DNA of 64,000 bases, taken from Planctomycetota bacterium. GTDB lineage: Bacteria > Planctomycetota > SZUA-567 > H5-PLA8. Of the stretch, positions 1 to 9,354 are shown piece after piece. Position 1 is the first letter of the stretch; every line of letters begins with the position of its first letter. The stretch covers positions 20,502-84,501 of the forward strand of contig JBBRPR010000037.1 of NCBI GenBank assembly GCA_038227875.1. Direction: 5' to 3'. The notes beneath the pieces are model-generated. The model saw nothing but the letters and a program-made list of their open reading frames with translations, ran no database searches and was not told the DNA's origin. A program made the position numbers and the translations under genes.

Positions 1-198
1 AGCCAGTTGAACTTCAAGAGTCAAGGCCTCCAGAACTACTCTGAAAACGTGTCCGCCGCGGAAAGTCGTATCCGGGATGTGGACGTCGCCGCCGAAACGA
101 CGAACTTCTCCCGACAGCAAATCCTGGTGCAAGCGTCGACTTCAATGCTCGCGCAAGCCAACTCACTGCCCCAGGGCGTGCTGAAGCTCCTCGGTTGA
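1..198 (+). CDS. fliC: Flagellin, C-terminal fragment (partial at window edge)
   Basis: [40 protein letters not shown]...VLKLLG is the canonical flagellin C-terminal helix; frame is open to base 1. Confidence 0.93.
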   Translation, partial: SQLNFKSQGLQNYSENVSAAESRIRDVDVAAETTNFSRQQILVQASTSMLAQANSLPQGVLKLLG

Positions 199-217
199 TC
201 CCGAAAACTAGCCCGGT

Positions 218-254
218 CCGGGGCCGCAGATCGACTGCGGCCCTGGGCATTTTC
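218..254 (+). terminator. Probable intrinsic terminator after flagellin
   Basis: GGGCCGCAG-atcga-CTGCGGCCC stem followed by gcattttc. Confidence 0.5.
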
Positions 255-364
255 ACCCGCGGCCTGAAGCTTCGAATCGTTTCCAAGAAAGGGCCGCTCC
301 ATGATCGTCGCCACTCAAGCCGGGAATCTCGACCCCGGCTGGCGGGTTAAAAAGGGTTAAGCCC

Positions 365-1240
365 ATGACCCCGAATGTGAGCAGTGCCCCGAATGCCACG
401 CCGGCAGGTTCCAACTGGAATCTCCCGGCTACGCGCGTTTCAGGCCAGTCCGCGCCGTCCGACCCGTCGTCGGGAAAGTCCGCCGACGCCGCAGCCGCAT
501 CACAGCCTCAGCCACAGCCACAGGACAGCATCGAAATCGGCAAGACGCCCAATGCCACCACGCTGCCGTCCCTGGCCGTGATCACGCAGCGCATCATCTC
601 TGAAATTCGCACCGACGCGAAGAACCAGGAGAAGCGGACCAACGAACGCCGCGCGCAGGACGAAAGCGACCGCCGCGACGCCGAGTTGCGTCAGCGTGAG
701 GAGCAGGCGGTGGAACGTAAACAGATGGCGCAGAAGATCGACGCCGCGCGTTTGGATTCGCGCAAGACTGCCGCGCCGCAGCCCAAGCCCGAGGCGCAAG
801 CCGCCCAACCCAAGGCCGCGCCTGCTCAAGCACCATCACAGACGCAGTCCACGCACATTCCTCAGGACCCGAGGCCCGGCGACCCGGCCAACCCGTCCAT
901 CCTGCACGCGCAGGAAATTCAAGAGCAGGGCGCCAAGGCGCTCACCACTCTCAGCGCGCGCACGACGCCGATCCAGCCTCCACAGGATCTGGCCCCCGCG
1001 CCGGAAGTTGCAGTGCCAAAGTCCGCGAGCCCCATCGGTACCATGAACGTCATGAGTACCGCGAGCTCACTGGCGCCCCCGAGTTCCGCCGCGCCGATCA
1101 GCCCGCCGGTGGAAGCGCCGGCCAGAGCGCCGGAATCCAACCCCACGGAGCTCCTCCATACGATCACATCGCAGTTGAGCTCATCGAGTCTTAACGAGAT
1201 GTCGTCAGTGCATTTGCTGAGCGTGAATTTTCAGTCGTAA
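365..1240 (+). CDS. Hypothetical Pro/Ala/Gln-rich protein with central charged coiled coil
   Basis: 291-aa ORF with ATG start filling the gap between flagellin and the next gene; mostly low complexity. Confidence 0.55.
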   Translation: MTPNVSSAPNATPAGSNWNLPATRVSGQSAPSDPSSGKSADAAAASQPQPQPQDSIEIGKTPNATTLPSLAVITQRIISEIRTDAKNQEKRTNERRAQDESDRRDAELRQREEQAVERKQMAQKIDAARLDSRKTAAPQPKPEAQAAQPKAAPAQAPSQTQSTHIPQDPRPGDPANPSILHAQEIQEQGAKALTTLSARTTPIQPPQDLAPAPEVAVPKSASPIGTMNVMSTASSLAPPSSAAPISPPVEAPARAPESNPTELLHTITSQLSSSSLNEMSSVHLLSVNFQS

Positions 1241-1250
1241 CGCCGCGCGT

Positions 1251-1309
1251 AACCTCCCCCCGGCCCCCTTCCCTATTAGTGAAGGGGGCCGGGGGTCAGG
1301 TTATTTTTT
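1251..1309 (+). terminator. GC-rich hairpin with T tail (terminator or REP-like)
   Basis: CCCCCGGCCCCCTTC...GAAGGGGGCCGGGGG followed by ttattttttg. Confidence 0.55.
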
Positions 1310-1348
1310 GCAATCGACAACATCCCCTTTCCCGCCGATGATCGTGGT

Positions 1349-3205
1349 ATGATTGAAAACCTTAAACGCCGTACAGGCATCCGCGTGCGTATCCACGGCA
1401 CGGCGCTGATTTCCAGCATGGACCTGGGTGGCGAGGAATTCACCTGTTCGCTCGACGACATCAGCACCAGCGGGTGCCAGTGCCGTATCGCGTTGGACAA
1501 CGCCAGCGACGCCGACGTCAACGCCTGGAAAAAGATTCTTTCCAGCGGCCGCATCTTCTCGCTCAAATTCGTCCAGCCCAAGGAATTCAACGGGCTTGAA
1601 ATTCAGGAAGCGGAGATCCTCTGGGTGCGTGAACGCCCGCCCGCGGCGCTCATTTTTGGCGTCAAGCACCTCGCCGTCACCGCTGAGCAGACGCAGATTC
1701 TTTCCAATACATTGACCAAGCTTTCGTCCAACAAGCTGCGCGTGAAATCGGCCGACGAATCGGGCCAGAATTCAGCCGTGACCGGCACGCCTGACGCAGC
1801 AACGGCGCCCGTCGCGACAGCCACGGCCGTTCCTGTCGCGACGGCGGCACCGGTCCCGACGGCACCTCTTGCGCCAGCAGTGCCGGTCGCAAAAGTAGCT
1901 GCGCCCCACCCCACCAGCGGAGGCAACGGCGGTGGCGCGGCGAAGCCCCTCGGAAAAGCCGCACGCCCCGCGCCACCTCCCGCCGCGGCAGCGGACGATG
2001 TCGCCAATCGGCAGGAACGCGTGGCCAGCGGCTATCCGGTCACCTTTTACTTCGGCAATACCGCCGGCAAACGGCTGCACAAAACCGCCATGGCCGGGCG
2101 CGTCACCAATTTCAGCGAAGGCGGCTTTCTGATCGAAGGCGACGAGCCGGGCTTCTGCGAGGCCTCGGATCTGCTCAAAAATATTCTGATGCACGCCGCG
2201 ATCCGCACGCCCGAATCCGAATTCAACGCCACGCTCACGGTTCTCTCCGTCCGGCCCGCGGACACTCCGGGTCGCCTCTTCTACGGCGTGAAGATTGTCC
2301 AGATGGCGGAAGACGACCTGCTCCGCCTGCGCGCGCTCTACGAACGCGATTCGCGCCCGACCAACAAGTACACCCGCCAGATGCGCGATAAGAATGTGGC
2401 TGAACTGGAACTCGCCAGCCTGCGCGAACACGCCTCGCGCGCCTCCAGTGCGCTCAACGAACTGCAGCGCAGCCTGGAAGCCGCACGCAAGACGCAGGTC
2501 AAAATGCTCCCCGACCGCCCGCCGGTCGTGGAAGGTTACGAACTGGCCGCGCTCTACGAATCCTGCGTGGAACTCAGCGGCGATCTCTATCATTTCCTCG
2601 AAGTGCGGCCCGGCTACACCGGCCTGCTGATCGGCGACGTCGCCGGCCACGGCGTCGAAGCCGCGATGGTCATGGCCGCAACCCTGCGCTGCTTCGCTGC
2701 GCGCTGCAAAGATGTCGCCTCCTCGGCCGCCGTGCTCACGGAAGTCAACAACGACCTGCACAACAACCTGCGCCGCGGCATGTTTGTTAGCGCCTTCTAC
2801 GCGGTCCTCGAACACAAGACCGGGAAACTGACCTACAGCCGCGCCGGCCACAATCCCGCGATGCTCTTTACTCCGTCGGAAGGCATGCGCAGCTTGGACT
2901 CCAACGGCCTGGCCTTGGGGATCGCCGGCGACGTCAAATTCAGCAGCACGATCGAAGAACGCCAGATCACCCTGCCTCCCGACGCGTTGCTGGCGCTCTA
3001 CACCGACGGCATCCCCGAAGCCGAAAACGCCGACCGCGAACAGTTCGGCATGGACCGACTATGCAGTCTGCTGAAAGACAACGTCACGCTCCCCAGCGCC
3101 ACGATCCTCCAGAAAGTGCAGGAGGGCCTCTCGGCCCACACCGTCGGCCAGGCCGTCGCCGACGACCAGACACTGGTGATCCTGAAAACCGCAAAGACCC
3201 GGTAA
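1349..3205 (+). CDS. Tandem PilZ-like domains + SpoIIE/PP2C (RsbU-like) phosphatase
   Basis: PilZ motifs RTGIR/DISTSG and NFSEGG; PP2C motifs LSGDLY, IGDVAGHG, RAGHNP, LYTDGIPEA, DDQT. Confidence 0.85.
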   Translation: MIENLKRRTGIRVRIHGTALISSMDLGGEEFTCSLDDISTSGCQCRIALDNASDADVNAWKKILSSGRIFSLKFVQPKEFNGLEIQEAEILWVRERPPAALIFGVKHLAVTAEQTQILSNTLTKLSSNKLRVKSADESGQNSAVTGTPDAATAPVATATAVPVATAAPVPTAPLAPAVPVAKVAAPHPTSGGNGGGAAKPLGKAARPAPPPAAAADDVANRQERVASGYPVTFYFGNTAGKRLHKTAMAGRVTNFSEGGFLIEGDEPGFCEASDLLKNILMHAAIRTPESEFNATLTVLSVRPADTPGRLFYGVKIVQMAEDDLLRLRALYERDSRPTNKYTRQMRDKNVAELELASLREHASRASSALNELQRSLEAARKTQVKMLPDRPPVVEGYELAALYESCVELSGDLYHFLEVRPGYTGLLIGDVAGHGVEAAMVMAATLRCFAARCKDVASSAAVLTEVNNDLHNNLRRGMFVSAFYAVLEHKTGKLTYSRAGHNPAMLFTPSEGMRSLDSNGLALGIAGDVKFSSTIEERQITLPPDALLALYTDGIPEAENADREQFGMDRLCSLLKDNVTLPSATILQKVQEGLSAHTVGQAVADDQTLVILKTAKTR

Positions 3206-3249
3206 TTTCGTCATACCGTAAATTTAATTAATATTTACCGAATTCATAT

Positions 3250-3278
3250 TTGACAATCCGCATTTCACGGTATATTGT
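3250..3278 (+). promoter_or_regulatory. Sigma70-like promoter
   Basis: TTGACA-17 nt-TATTGT with an AT-rich tract upstream. Confidence 0.5.
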
Positions 3279-3398
3279 AAATAGTTGGAACGATCTGGCT
3301 CTCTGACAACCGAATAGCGGCTGGTGGCGCGAGCGTCTGTCGCTCGCGCGAAGTACAACAGCACTGTTGTACGGAAAACATCCGAATACCTGAAATGC

Positions 3399-3428
3399 GT
3401 AACATTCTGTAACATTTTGTAACATTTA
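3399..3428. repeat. Three phased 10-bp repeats GTAACATTnn
   Basis: GTAACATTCT GTAACATTTT GTAACATTTA; inverted copy AAATGTTACA at 3471-3480. Confidence 0.85.
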
Positions 3429-3600
3429 CCTATGAGACCCGTGTAGTACTGCACCCCGTGCAAACGACCCAAATGTTACATCGAACGGGGCAATGGCATT
3501 CCTTACAGGTGCTCTTTTCGTCTGGACCCGCGCCCCGTTCTCTACTAAACCAGCATCCTCTTAATTCACTCTACCGACACTTTTCTGGAGGTTCGATACC

Positions 3601-4521
3601 ATGCGGCAGGGAAGCGGTTCGCATTCGTTTGATGTCGAAGAAAACTGGGCCAAGTTGCCGGCCGGCGTCACACTGGGTTACACCCACGGCGTCGTGATCG
3701 ATGCCAAGGACAACGTCTACATTCACAACCAGAGCAAAGATTCGGTCATCGCGCTCGACCGCGACGGCAAGTTCCTCAGCTCATGGGGTCCGGAATTCGC
3801 CGGCGGCGCGCACGGCATGTACCTCAGCAAGGAAGACGGCGTCGAGTACCTCTACCTCGCCGATCCCAACCGCCACATCGTCGTCAAGACCACGCTCGAC
3901 GGCAAAACCATCTACACGCTGGAAGTGCCGCCGCTGCCCAACGTCTACAAGACCGCCGACCTCTACAAGCCGACCGACACTGCCGTCGCGCCCAATGGCG
4001 ACGTGTATGTCTGCGACGGTTACGGCCAGAGCTGGATTCACGTCTACGATAAGAAGGGCACGTGGATCCGTTCATGGGGCGGCGCCGGCAGCGAACCGGG
4101 CAAGATGAAGTGTCCGCACGGCATCTGGATCGACACCCGCAAGTCGACGCCCCGCGTCTACGTCGCCGACCGCGGCAACAACCGCATCCAGATTTTCTCG
4201 CTGGTCGGAGAACATCTCGGCTTCGTGACCTACGATCTGCGCCTGCCGTGCTGCTTCTATCAATACGGCACTGAGCAGTACATCCCCGACCTGCACAGCC
4301 GCGTCACGATCCTGGACGAACACGACCGCTTGATCACCCACATCGGCGACGTTCCCGGTGCGTGGACCAAGACCGGCTGGCCCAACGTGGCGAAGGAAGA
4401 GCTGAAGCCCGGCCTGTTCAGTTCCCCCCACGCCTGCGCGCTGGATTCCAAGGGCGACCTGTACGTGGTCGAATGGATCGCCGTCGGCCGCATCACCAAG
4501 CTCCGCCGCGTCGCCCACTAA
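3601..4521 (+). CDS. NHL-repeat six-bladed beta-propeller protein (PAL/peptidylglycine lyase-like family)
   Basis: Repeated PTDTAVAPNGDVYVCDGYG, CPHGIWID, YVADRGNNRIQIF, SPHACALDSKGDLYVVEW; GGAGG RBS upstream. Confidence 0.85.
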   Translation: MRQGSGSHSFDVEENWAKLPAGVTLGYTHGVVIDAKDNVYIHNQSKDSVIALDRDGKFLSSWGPEFAGGAHGMYLSKEDGVEYLYLADPNRHIVVKTTLDGKTIYTLEVPPLPNVYKTADLYKPTDTAVAPNGDVYVCDGYGQSWIHVYDKKGTWIRSWGGAGSEPGKMKCPHGIWIDTRKSTPRVYVADRGNNRIQIFSLVGEHLGFVTYDLRLPCCFYQYGTEQYIPDLHSRVTILDEHDRLITHIGDVPGAWTKTGWPNVAKEELKPGLFSSPHACALDSKGDLYVVEWIAVGRITKLRRVAH

Positions 4522-4550
4522 ACCCTTCGTAGGCGGCAATCAACAGTACG

Positions 4551-4585
4551 CGCGCGCCAGGAAGTTCTGGCGCGCGTTCTATTTC
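4551..4585 (+). terminator. Intrinsic terminator
   Basis: CGCGCGCCAG-gaagtt-CTGGCGCGCG then ttctatttc. Confidence 0.7.
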
Positions 4586-4672
4586 ATGCGCTCGACCCTC
4601 TTCGCACTCGTGCCCAATTTCGCTTTCAAAATTCTGGCGGGATCGCAGCGCCTCGTTCGTTAGCCAATTGCT

Positions 4673-6352
4673 ATGCGAACCACACCTCCTGCGCTATTGC
4701 GCACTTCATTTTACGTTCACTGGGGCGCGCTGGGAACATTGGTAGCGACCGTCGCGTGCGCCTACTACCTGCCCCACGGCGAACAGGCGCTGACCATCGC
4801 GGGATACATGGGCTCCATCACGCTGGTGCTTTTGGGCTGGTCGGCGGTGCTGTCGCTCCGTGCACGGTGGAATGGCGATGCGACACGGTGGTGGCGCGTC
4901 GTCCCAATATTCACGATGCTGGAATTGAATGTGGCGGTGATCGGTGCTTACGCCATGGCTGCCCAGTCCCATCCACGCTGCGAACTGCTCGACGGGATCA
5001 TTGAGAGCGGGCTACCATTGTTCCTCCCGTTTTTCACGATCGTCGGCGGAGTCGCAGTCGCGTGCGGCGCATTGATCGCAAGGCTTGCGCATCGCAAAGA
5101 CGATGAACCCATCTTGGCAGCGCAGGCGCGGAGGTACACCTGGCGAATAGGCTTCGTGATGACGGCTGTACTGCTGCCGATTCCACTGTTTTTGTACTGC
5201 GCATGTCCGCCAGGCTGCAGTCCCGAGTCAGAATCGGGCAATGAATCCGTCTACGTCCGCGGTTGGCGCGCGGCGATAGCCGACGCAATGCCTAACGTTG
5301 TTCGAGACGCGGCAGTGAACTGCGCGCTGTCACTACCAGGCGGCAATGTATGGTCCATGCTTGCAATTCTGAAGCACGGGCGATGCTCGCGCGCAGAGTT
5401 ATTTACGCATCTCTACGATCCCGTATACCATAACTGGCATGTCGATAGGACCGATCGAGAGTTTGCTTTCGAGGGTTTGATCCGCGCTTATCCGCGGGAC
5501 GCTTTGGTTCTGGCGCACGCATTCGCTCAAGACAAGGCAGGCATGGCCTGGTCGAGAAGCACAGCCTTACGCTCAGGAGAATGTCTGGCCGAGAATGGAA
5601 GCATTCAGGATATTCAAAATGATCTGGGGTTTGCACGGGAACCCAATTTCATCAGAGGATTACTCAATCAGCTCGCGCGCGACGACCGGCACGAGTTCGC
5701 ACCGGACTTGTTCTATTTTGTGGAGCGGTCGTTCATCGACGCCTACATCACAGACTGGTGTCCTGGCACAACCTTGGAGTTTGTCGATCCCGGAGTGATT
5801 AGCGAAACCCTGGCGGCAGAGTCGAAACTCGGCGAACCCGGCGTATTCATTCCACAATGGAGCCGCCTGCTCTGCGATCCGAAGCGACGGAAATTGCGCG
5901 AGTTTGGTTCGAGATGCCTTGTCGACATCAAACCAGTTCGAACACGTCTGCAAATCGTGATGAACGCCTGGGAGCGCGCCGACGACGAAGGCAAACGGCT
6001 GCTGCTCAGCGAGCGCCTCATGGAGGAGAAATCGAATGTGCTCCACTTGGACGCAGACGATCGTGCAATGGTCGCGACCTGGCTGACATGGCTGATCGCG
6101 CATAGCGCGCACGACGACTGCGTAATCCGGCGCGCCGTGGCGAATCGACTGGCGGAAGTTACAGGCATTTCACTGCACTCCACTCCGCAGCCGTATTCAT
6201 TCCTCCCGGGGGGGAACGAAGAAAAGCGACGCTGGAACGATGCGGACTACCAGACGGAGACGCCGGCAGAATTGCAGAACCGGGCATGGCAAATCGATGG
6301 GGCGAAAGCGCTGATCGCGGAGTTCGCCACGCGGGTGGCGGACCAACGGTGA
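4673..6352 (+). CDS. Hypothetical membrane protein (about 5 N-terminal TM segments, helical C-terminal region)
   Basis: 559-aa ORF; hydrophobic N-terminal 180 aa; weaker GC3 bias than neighbours. Confidence 0.6.
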   Translation: MRTTPPALLRTSFYVHWGALGTLVATVACAYYLPHGEQALTIAGYMGSITLVLLGWSAVLSLRARWNGDATRWWRVVPIFTMLELNVAVIGAYAMAAQSHPRCELLDGIIESGLPLFLPFFTIVGGVAVACGALIARLAHRKDDEPILAAQARRYTWRIGFVMTAVLLPIPLFLYCACPPGCSPESESGNESVYVRGWRAAIADAMPNVVRDAAVNCALSLPGGNVWSMLAILKHGRCSRAELFTHLYDPVYHNWHVDRTDREFAFEGLIRAYPRDALVLAHAFAQDKAGMAWSRSTALRSGECLAENGSIQDIQNDLGFAREPNFIRGLLNQLARDDRHEFAPDLFYFVERSFIDAYITDWCPGTTLEFVDPGVISETLAAESKLGEPGVFIPQWSRLLCDPKRRKLREFGSRCLVDIKPVRTRLQIVMNAWERADDEGKRLLLSERLMEEKSNVLHLDADDRAMVATWLTWLIAHSAHDDCVIRRAVANRLAEVTGISLHSTPQPYSFLPGGNEEKRRWNDADYQTETPAELQNRAWQIDGAKALIAEFATRVADQR

Positions 6353-6361
6353 CCCGAGTAC

Positions 6362-9142
6362 TTACGAGTGCGCGGCGACGGCGGCCCAGCGCTGCAGCGC
6401 TTCTTGCAGGGCCGCCCTCGAGATGGGCTTGGTGAGGTAATCGTTCATGCCGGCGGCCAGACAGGCTTCGCTGTCGCCCTTCATCGCGTTGGCCGTGAGC
6501 GCAATGATGGGCACGGCCGATAAAGGAGACGACATTTCCCGGATCAACCGAGTGGCCTCGTAACCGTCCATTTCGGGCATCTGACAGTCCATGAGGATCA
6601 GGTCATGGCCCCCAGCTTGCGCCTGAGCCACGGCCTCCTGACCGTTGCGTGCCACCACCACGCGACAACCCATTCGTTCCAGCATCACTTGAGCCAGCAT
6701 TGCATTGATGGGGTTGTCTTCAGCCAGCAGTACATTGCATGGCGACTTACCCGACGGGCTGTTGGGGAACGGAGCACTCGCGCTGCCGGTCTCGGCGACG
6801 GGCGTGCGCTCCGTCTGCGGCCGAGACAGCGCCCGCGGCAAGGTGAACCAGAAGATCGAACCCTTGCCGGGTTTGCTTTGCAAGCCGATCTGTCCGCCCA
6901 TCATTTCGACCAGGCGTTTGCAGATCGCCAGGCCCAGCCCCGTCCCGCCAACGGAGCGCGTGGAGGAGGAATCGCCCTGCGTAAAGTGCTGGAACAGCCG
7001 GGACTGAACGTCGGGTGTGATCCCCACTCCGGTATCGCAAATGCTGACTTTCAGGTGGGGTGAGTCGGCGATGTCTTCGAGTTTGACGAGCACCTGTCCC
7101 GCGGCCGTGAACTTCACCGCGTTTCCGACCAGATTGTACAGGACCTGGCGCAGACGGGTGGGATCGGCCAGCACCACGAGGTTGGCATCCGCTTCGGCAT
7201 CGAATTCCAACCGCAACTTTTTCAGCTCAGCCTGTGCGCGCAGGGACGCGAGGATTTCCACGGTGGCCTTACGCAGGGATATCGGAGCCGGAGAGAGCGT
7301 CATCTTTCCGGCTTCGATCTTGGAGAAGTCGAGGACGTCGTTGATCAGGGAGAGCAAAATGTCGCCGGAGATCTTGATGTTTCGCACGAATTCCAACTGC
7401 TCGCGATTCAGCGGGGATTCCAGGAGCAGATCGCAGTAGCCCAACACGCCGTTCATCGGCGTACGGATCTCGTGACTCATGGTCGCCAGGAAAGCGCCCT
7501 TGGCGCGGCTGGCGGCTTCGGCCTGGTCGCGGGCATGGCGCAAGGCTTCTTCGATGACGCGTCGTTCCTGAATTTCAGACTGGAGGGACTGCGTCCGCTC
7601 CGCGACGACTTGTTCGATGCGCGCAGTCCGGCCAGTCAGAATCAAAAGGAAGACCTCCAGCAGTGCGACCAGCGACAGACCGCCACTCAGCACCGCCCAG
7701 GAGTAATCGGTAACGTGCGCGCGCATGTATTGCGCGGTCGGACGAATCTCGACCCGCCAGCGGTGATCGGCCAAATCCAGGTGTTCAGAATAGCAGATGG
7801 ACGAGTGAGCCGGCGCTGTGGTGCTGGCGTAGAGTGCCTGGGGTTCGCCGGACTGGGAAACATCGTGTACGGCCACGGCGAATTCGCCAGCCTTGTCGGC
7901 CAACGTACGTTCCACCAATGGAGGCACGCGGAAGGCGAGGGTCGTAAAGCCGATCAAGTCCTTCTCCGACGAACCGGCGCGGAAGATGGGCAGCGCCAGG
8001 ATCTCCGACCAGATTGTCTCGTCGTCTTGAGCCAAATGGATGCGGGAGGAGATGGCCAGGTTGTGGGTTTGCCATGCGGCACGAAGCGCTTCTGAACGCC
8101 GTGGTTCGGAGCGCTGATTGAAGCCGATCGCCTTGAGATTGGCCTGGGATGGCGAAAGGTATGTGATCGGCCAGTACTCATTACTGGGCGTTGCGCGCTG
8201 GCGGCCAGCCGGGCCGTACTCCCAGATTTCCCCATGCTGCGCTTCGAAGGCGCTGCGTCCTTCGTCGGGGAGGCGCTGAATCAGCCCAATGGTGCTGCCC
8301 GTGGGATAGCGAGCCTGGAACGGCTGGGTGAAGGCTTCAAACTGCTCGGCCGATAGAAAGGGATTGATCGTCATGAATTCACGGGCAGCACGCAGGGTTT
8401 CGATCGTGATTTGAACGTCGTTCTTCATGCCCTGGAACGATTGCGCGGCGCGTTCACGGAATTCGCTGAGCCGGCGCCGGTCTTCCTGAGCCCGTGCCTG
8501 GAGGAAAAACAGGACGACCACAGTGAAGGCCAGCGACATTGGCGCAGCAACAGTCCAGCGGCGGCTCGACCAGAGCAAACGCGGCTGGCCAAAGTACACC
8601 AGGAGGACAGGGGTCAGCGTCAGCACGCCGATCGTGTCGCCGACCCACCACGTCCACCAGGTCTCCAAGACCTTTTCGGCCGGCAGCAGTCCGTAGAGGG
8701 AGAGCATGAAGATGCCGTTGCTGGCGGAGATCAAGCATGCGCCGACACCGCCCAGCAACGTAAACCAGAACACGCTGCGCTCGGTATCGAGAGCCAGGTC
8801 TCCAACGCAGCGCTGCATGCCAAACCGGCCGGCCGCGGCGCTCAGAGCCGCGCCCACGCCAATGCCGGCGGCAAGAGCCAGCGTCGAGCCGTCGCAAGGC
8901 GCGCCGCGTTCCACCGATACCCAGAAGTTGAGTACCGTGGAGCCCAGCCATACGGCCAGTGACATGCGGTATCCCAGCAGCAGAACCGCAGCCAACGCCA
9001 GTCCAGATGGCAACCACACCGCGGTTGCATATCCCGGCGGAATAGCCAGCAACAACCCTGTCTTCCCGGTCACCAGGTACAGCGCAGCTACCGCAATGAA
9101 CTGGATAGCGCTACGCAGGTACGAGTTTGATGACGTTTGCAT
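6362..9142 (-). CDS. Hybrid sensor histidine kinase MASE1-CHASE-HisKA-HATPase-REC
   Basis: MASE1 (VWLPSGLALA, TWWVGDTIG), CHASE-like periplasmic region, MSHEIRTPMNG, NLVGNAVKFT, GGTGLGL, REC DLILMDCQMPEMDG...KP; start 9142 or up to 9232. Confidence 0.92.
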   Translation of the reverse strand: MQTSSNSYLRSAIQFIAVAALYLVTGKTGLLLAIPPGYATAVWLPSGLALAAVLLLGYRMSLAVWLGSTVLNFWVSVERGAPCDGSTLALAAGIGVGAALSAAAGRFGMQRCVGDLALDTERSVFWFTLLGGVGACLISASNGIFMLSLYGLLPAEKVLETWWTWWVGDTIGVLTLTPVLLVYFGQPRLLWSSRRWTVAAPMSLAFTVVVLFFLQARAQEDRRRLSEFRERAAQSFQGMKNDVQITIETLRAAREFMTINPFLSAEQFEAFTQPFQARYPTGSTIGLIQRLPDEGRSAFEAQHGEIWEYGPAGRQRATPSNEYWPITYLSPSQANLKAIGFNQRSEPRRSEALRAAWQTHNLAISSRIHLAQDDETIWSEILALPIFRAGSSEKDLIGFTTLAFRVPPLVERTLADKAGEFAVAVHDVSQSGEPQALYASTTAPAHSSICYSEHLDLADHRWRVEIRPTAQYMRAHVTDYSWAVLSGGLSLVALLEVFLLILTGRTARIEQVVAERTQSLQSEIQERRVIEEALRHARDQAEAASRAKGAFLATMSHEIRTPMNGVLGYCDLLLESPLNREQLEFVRNIKISGDILLSLINDVLDFSKIEAGKMTLSPAPISLRKATVEILASLRAQAELKKLRLEFDAEADANLVVLADPTRLRQVLYNLVGNAVKFTAAGQVLVKLEDIADSPHLKVSICDTGVGITPDVQSRLFQHFTQGDSSSTRSVGGTGLGLAICKRLVEMMGGQIGLQSKPGKGSIFWFTLPRALSRPQTERTPVAETGSASAPFPNSPSGKSPCNVLLAEDNPINAMLAQVMLERMGCRVVVARNGQEAVAQAQAGGHDLILMDCQMPEMDGYEATRLIREMSSPLSAVPIIALTANAMKGDSEACLAAGMNDYLTKPISRAALQEALQRWAAVAAHS

Positions 9143-9300
9143 TGGCGGCTGGCACTCAGACGTAATCTTCGGGTCTACACACTCAGACCCGTCACTCTTA
9201 CGAAATCTGATCGGCCGCAAAGTGTGGTGCAATAGGTGACAACAGAAGAAAATATCGCGCCTGTGCAGGCGAAGGATTCAGAATGCCAATCACTGGAATG

Positions 9301-9328
9301 CAAAACGGCGCCTTGCGGCGCCGTTTTG
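9301..9328 (-). terminator. Hairpin terminator after the PilC/GspF gene
   Basis: CAAAACGGCGCC-loop-GGCGCCGTTTTG. Confidence 0.65.
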
Positions 9329-9354
9329 GGTCTTCGAATCGTGCTCGCGTTGGC

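Noticed and set aside
1310..1345. Sigma28 promoter (GCCGATGA at 1334)
   Set aside because: No TAAA -35 element at the expected spacing
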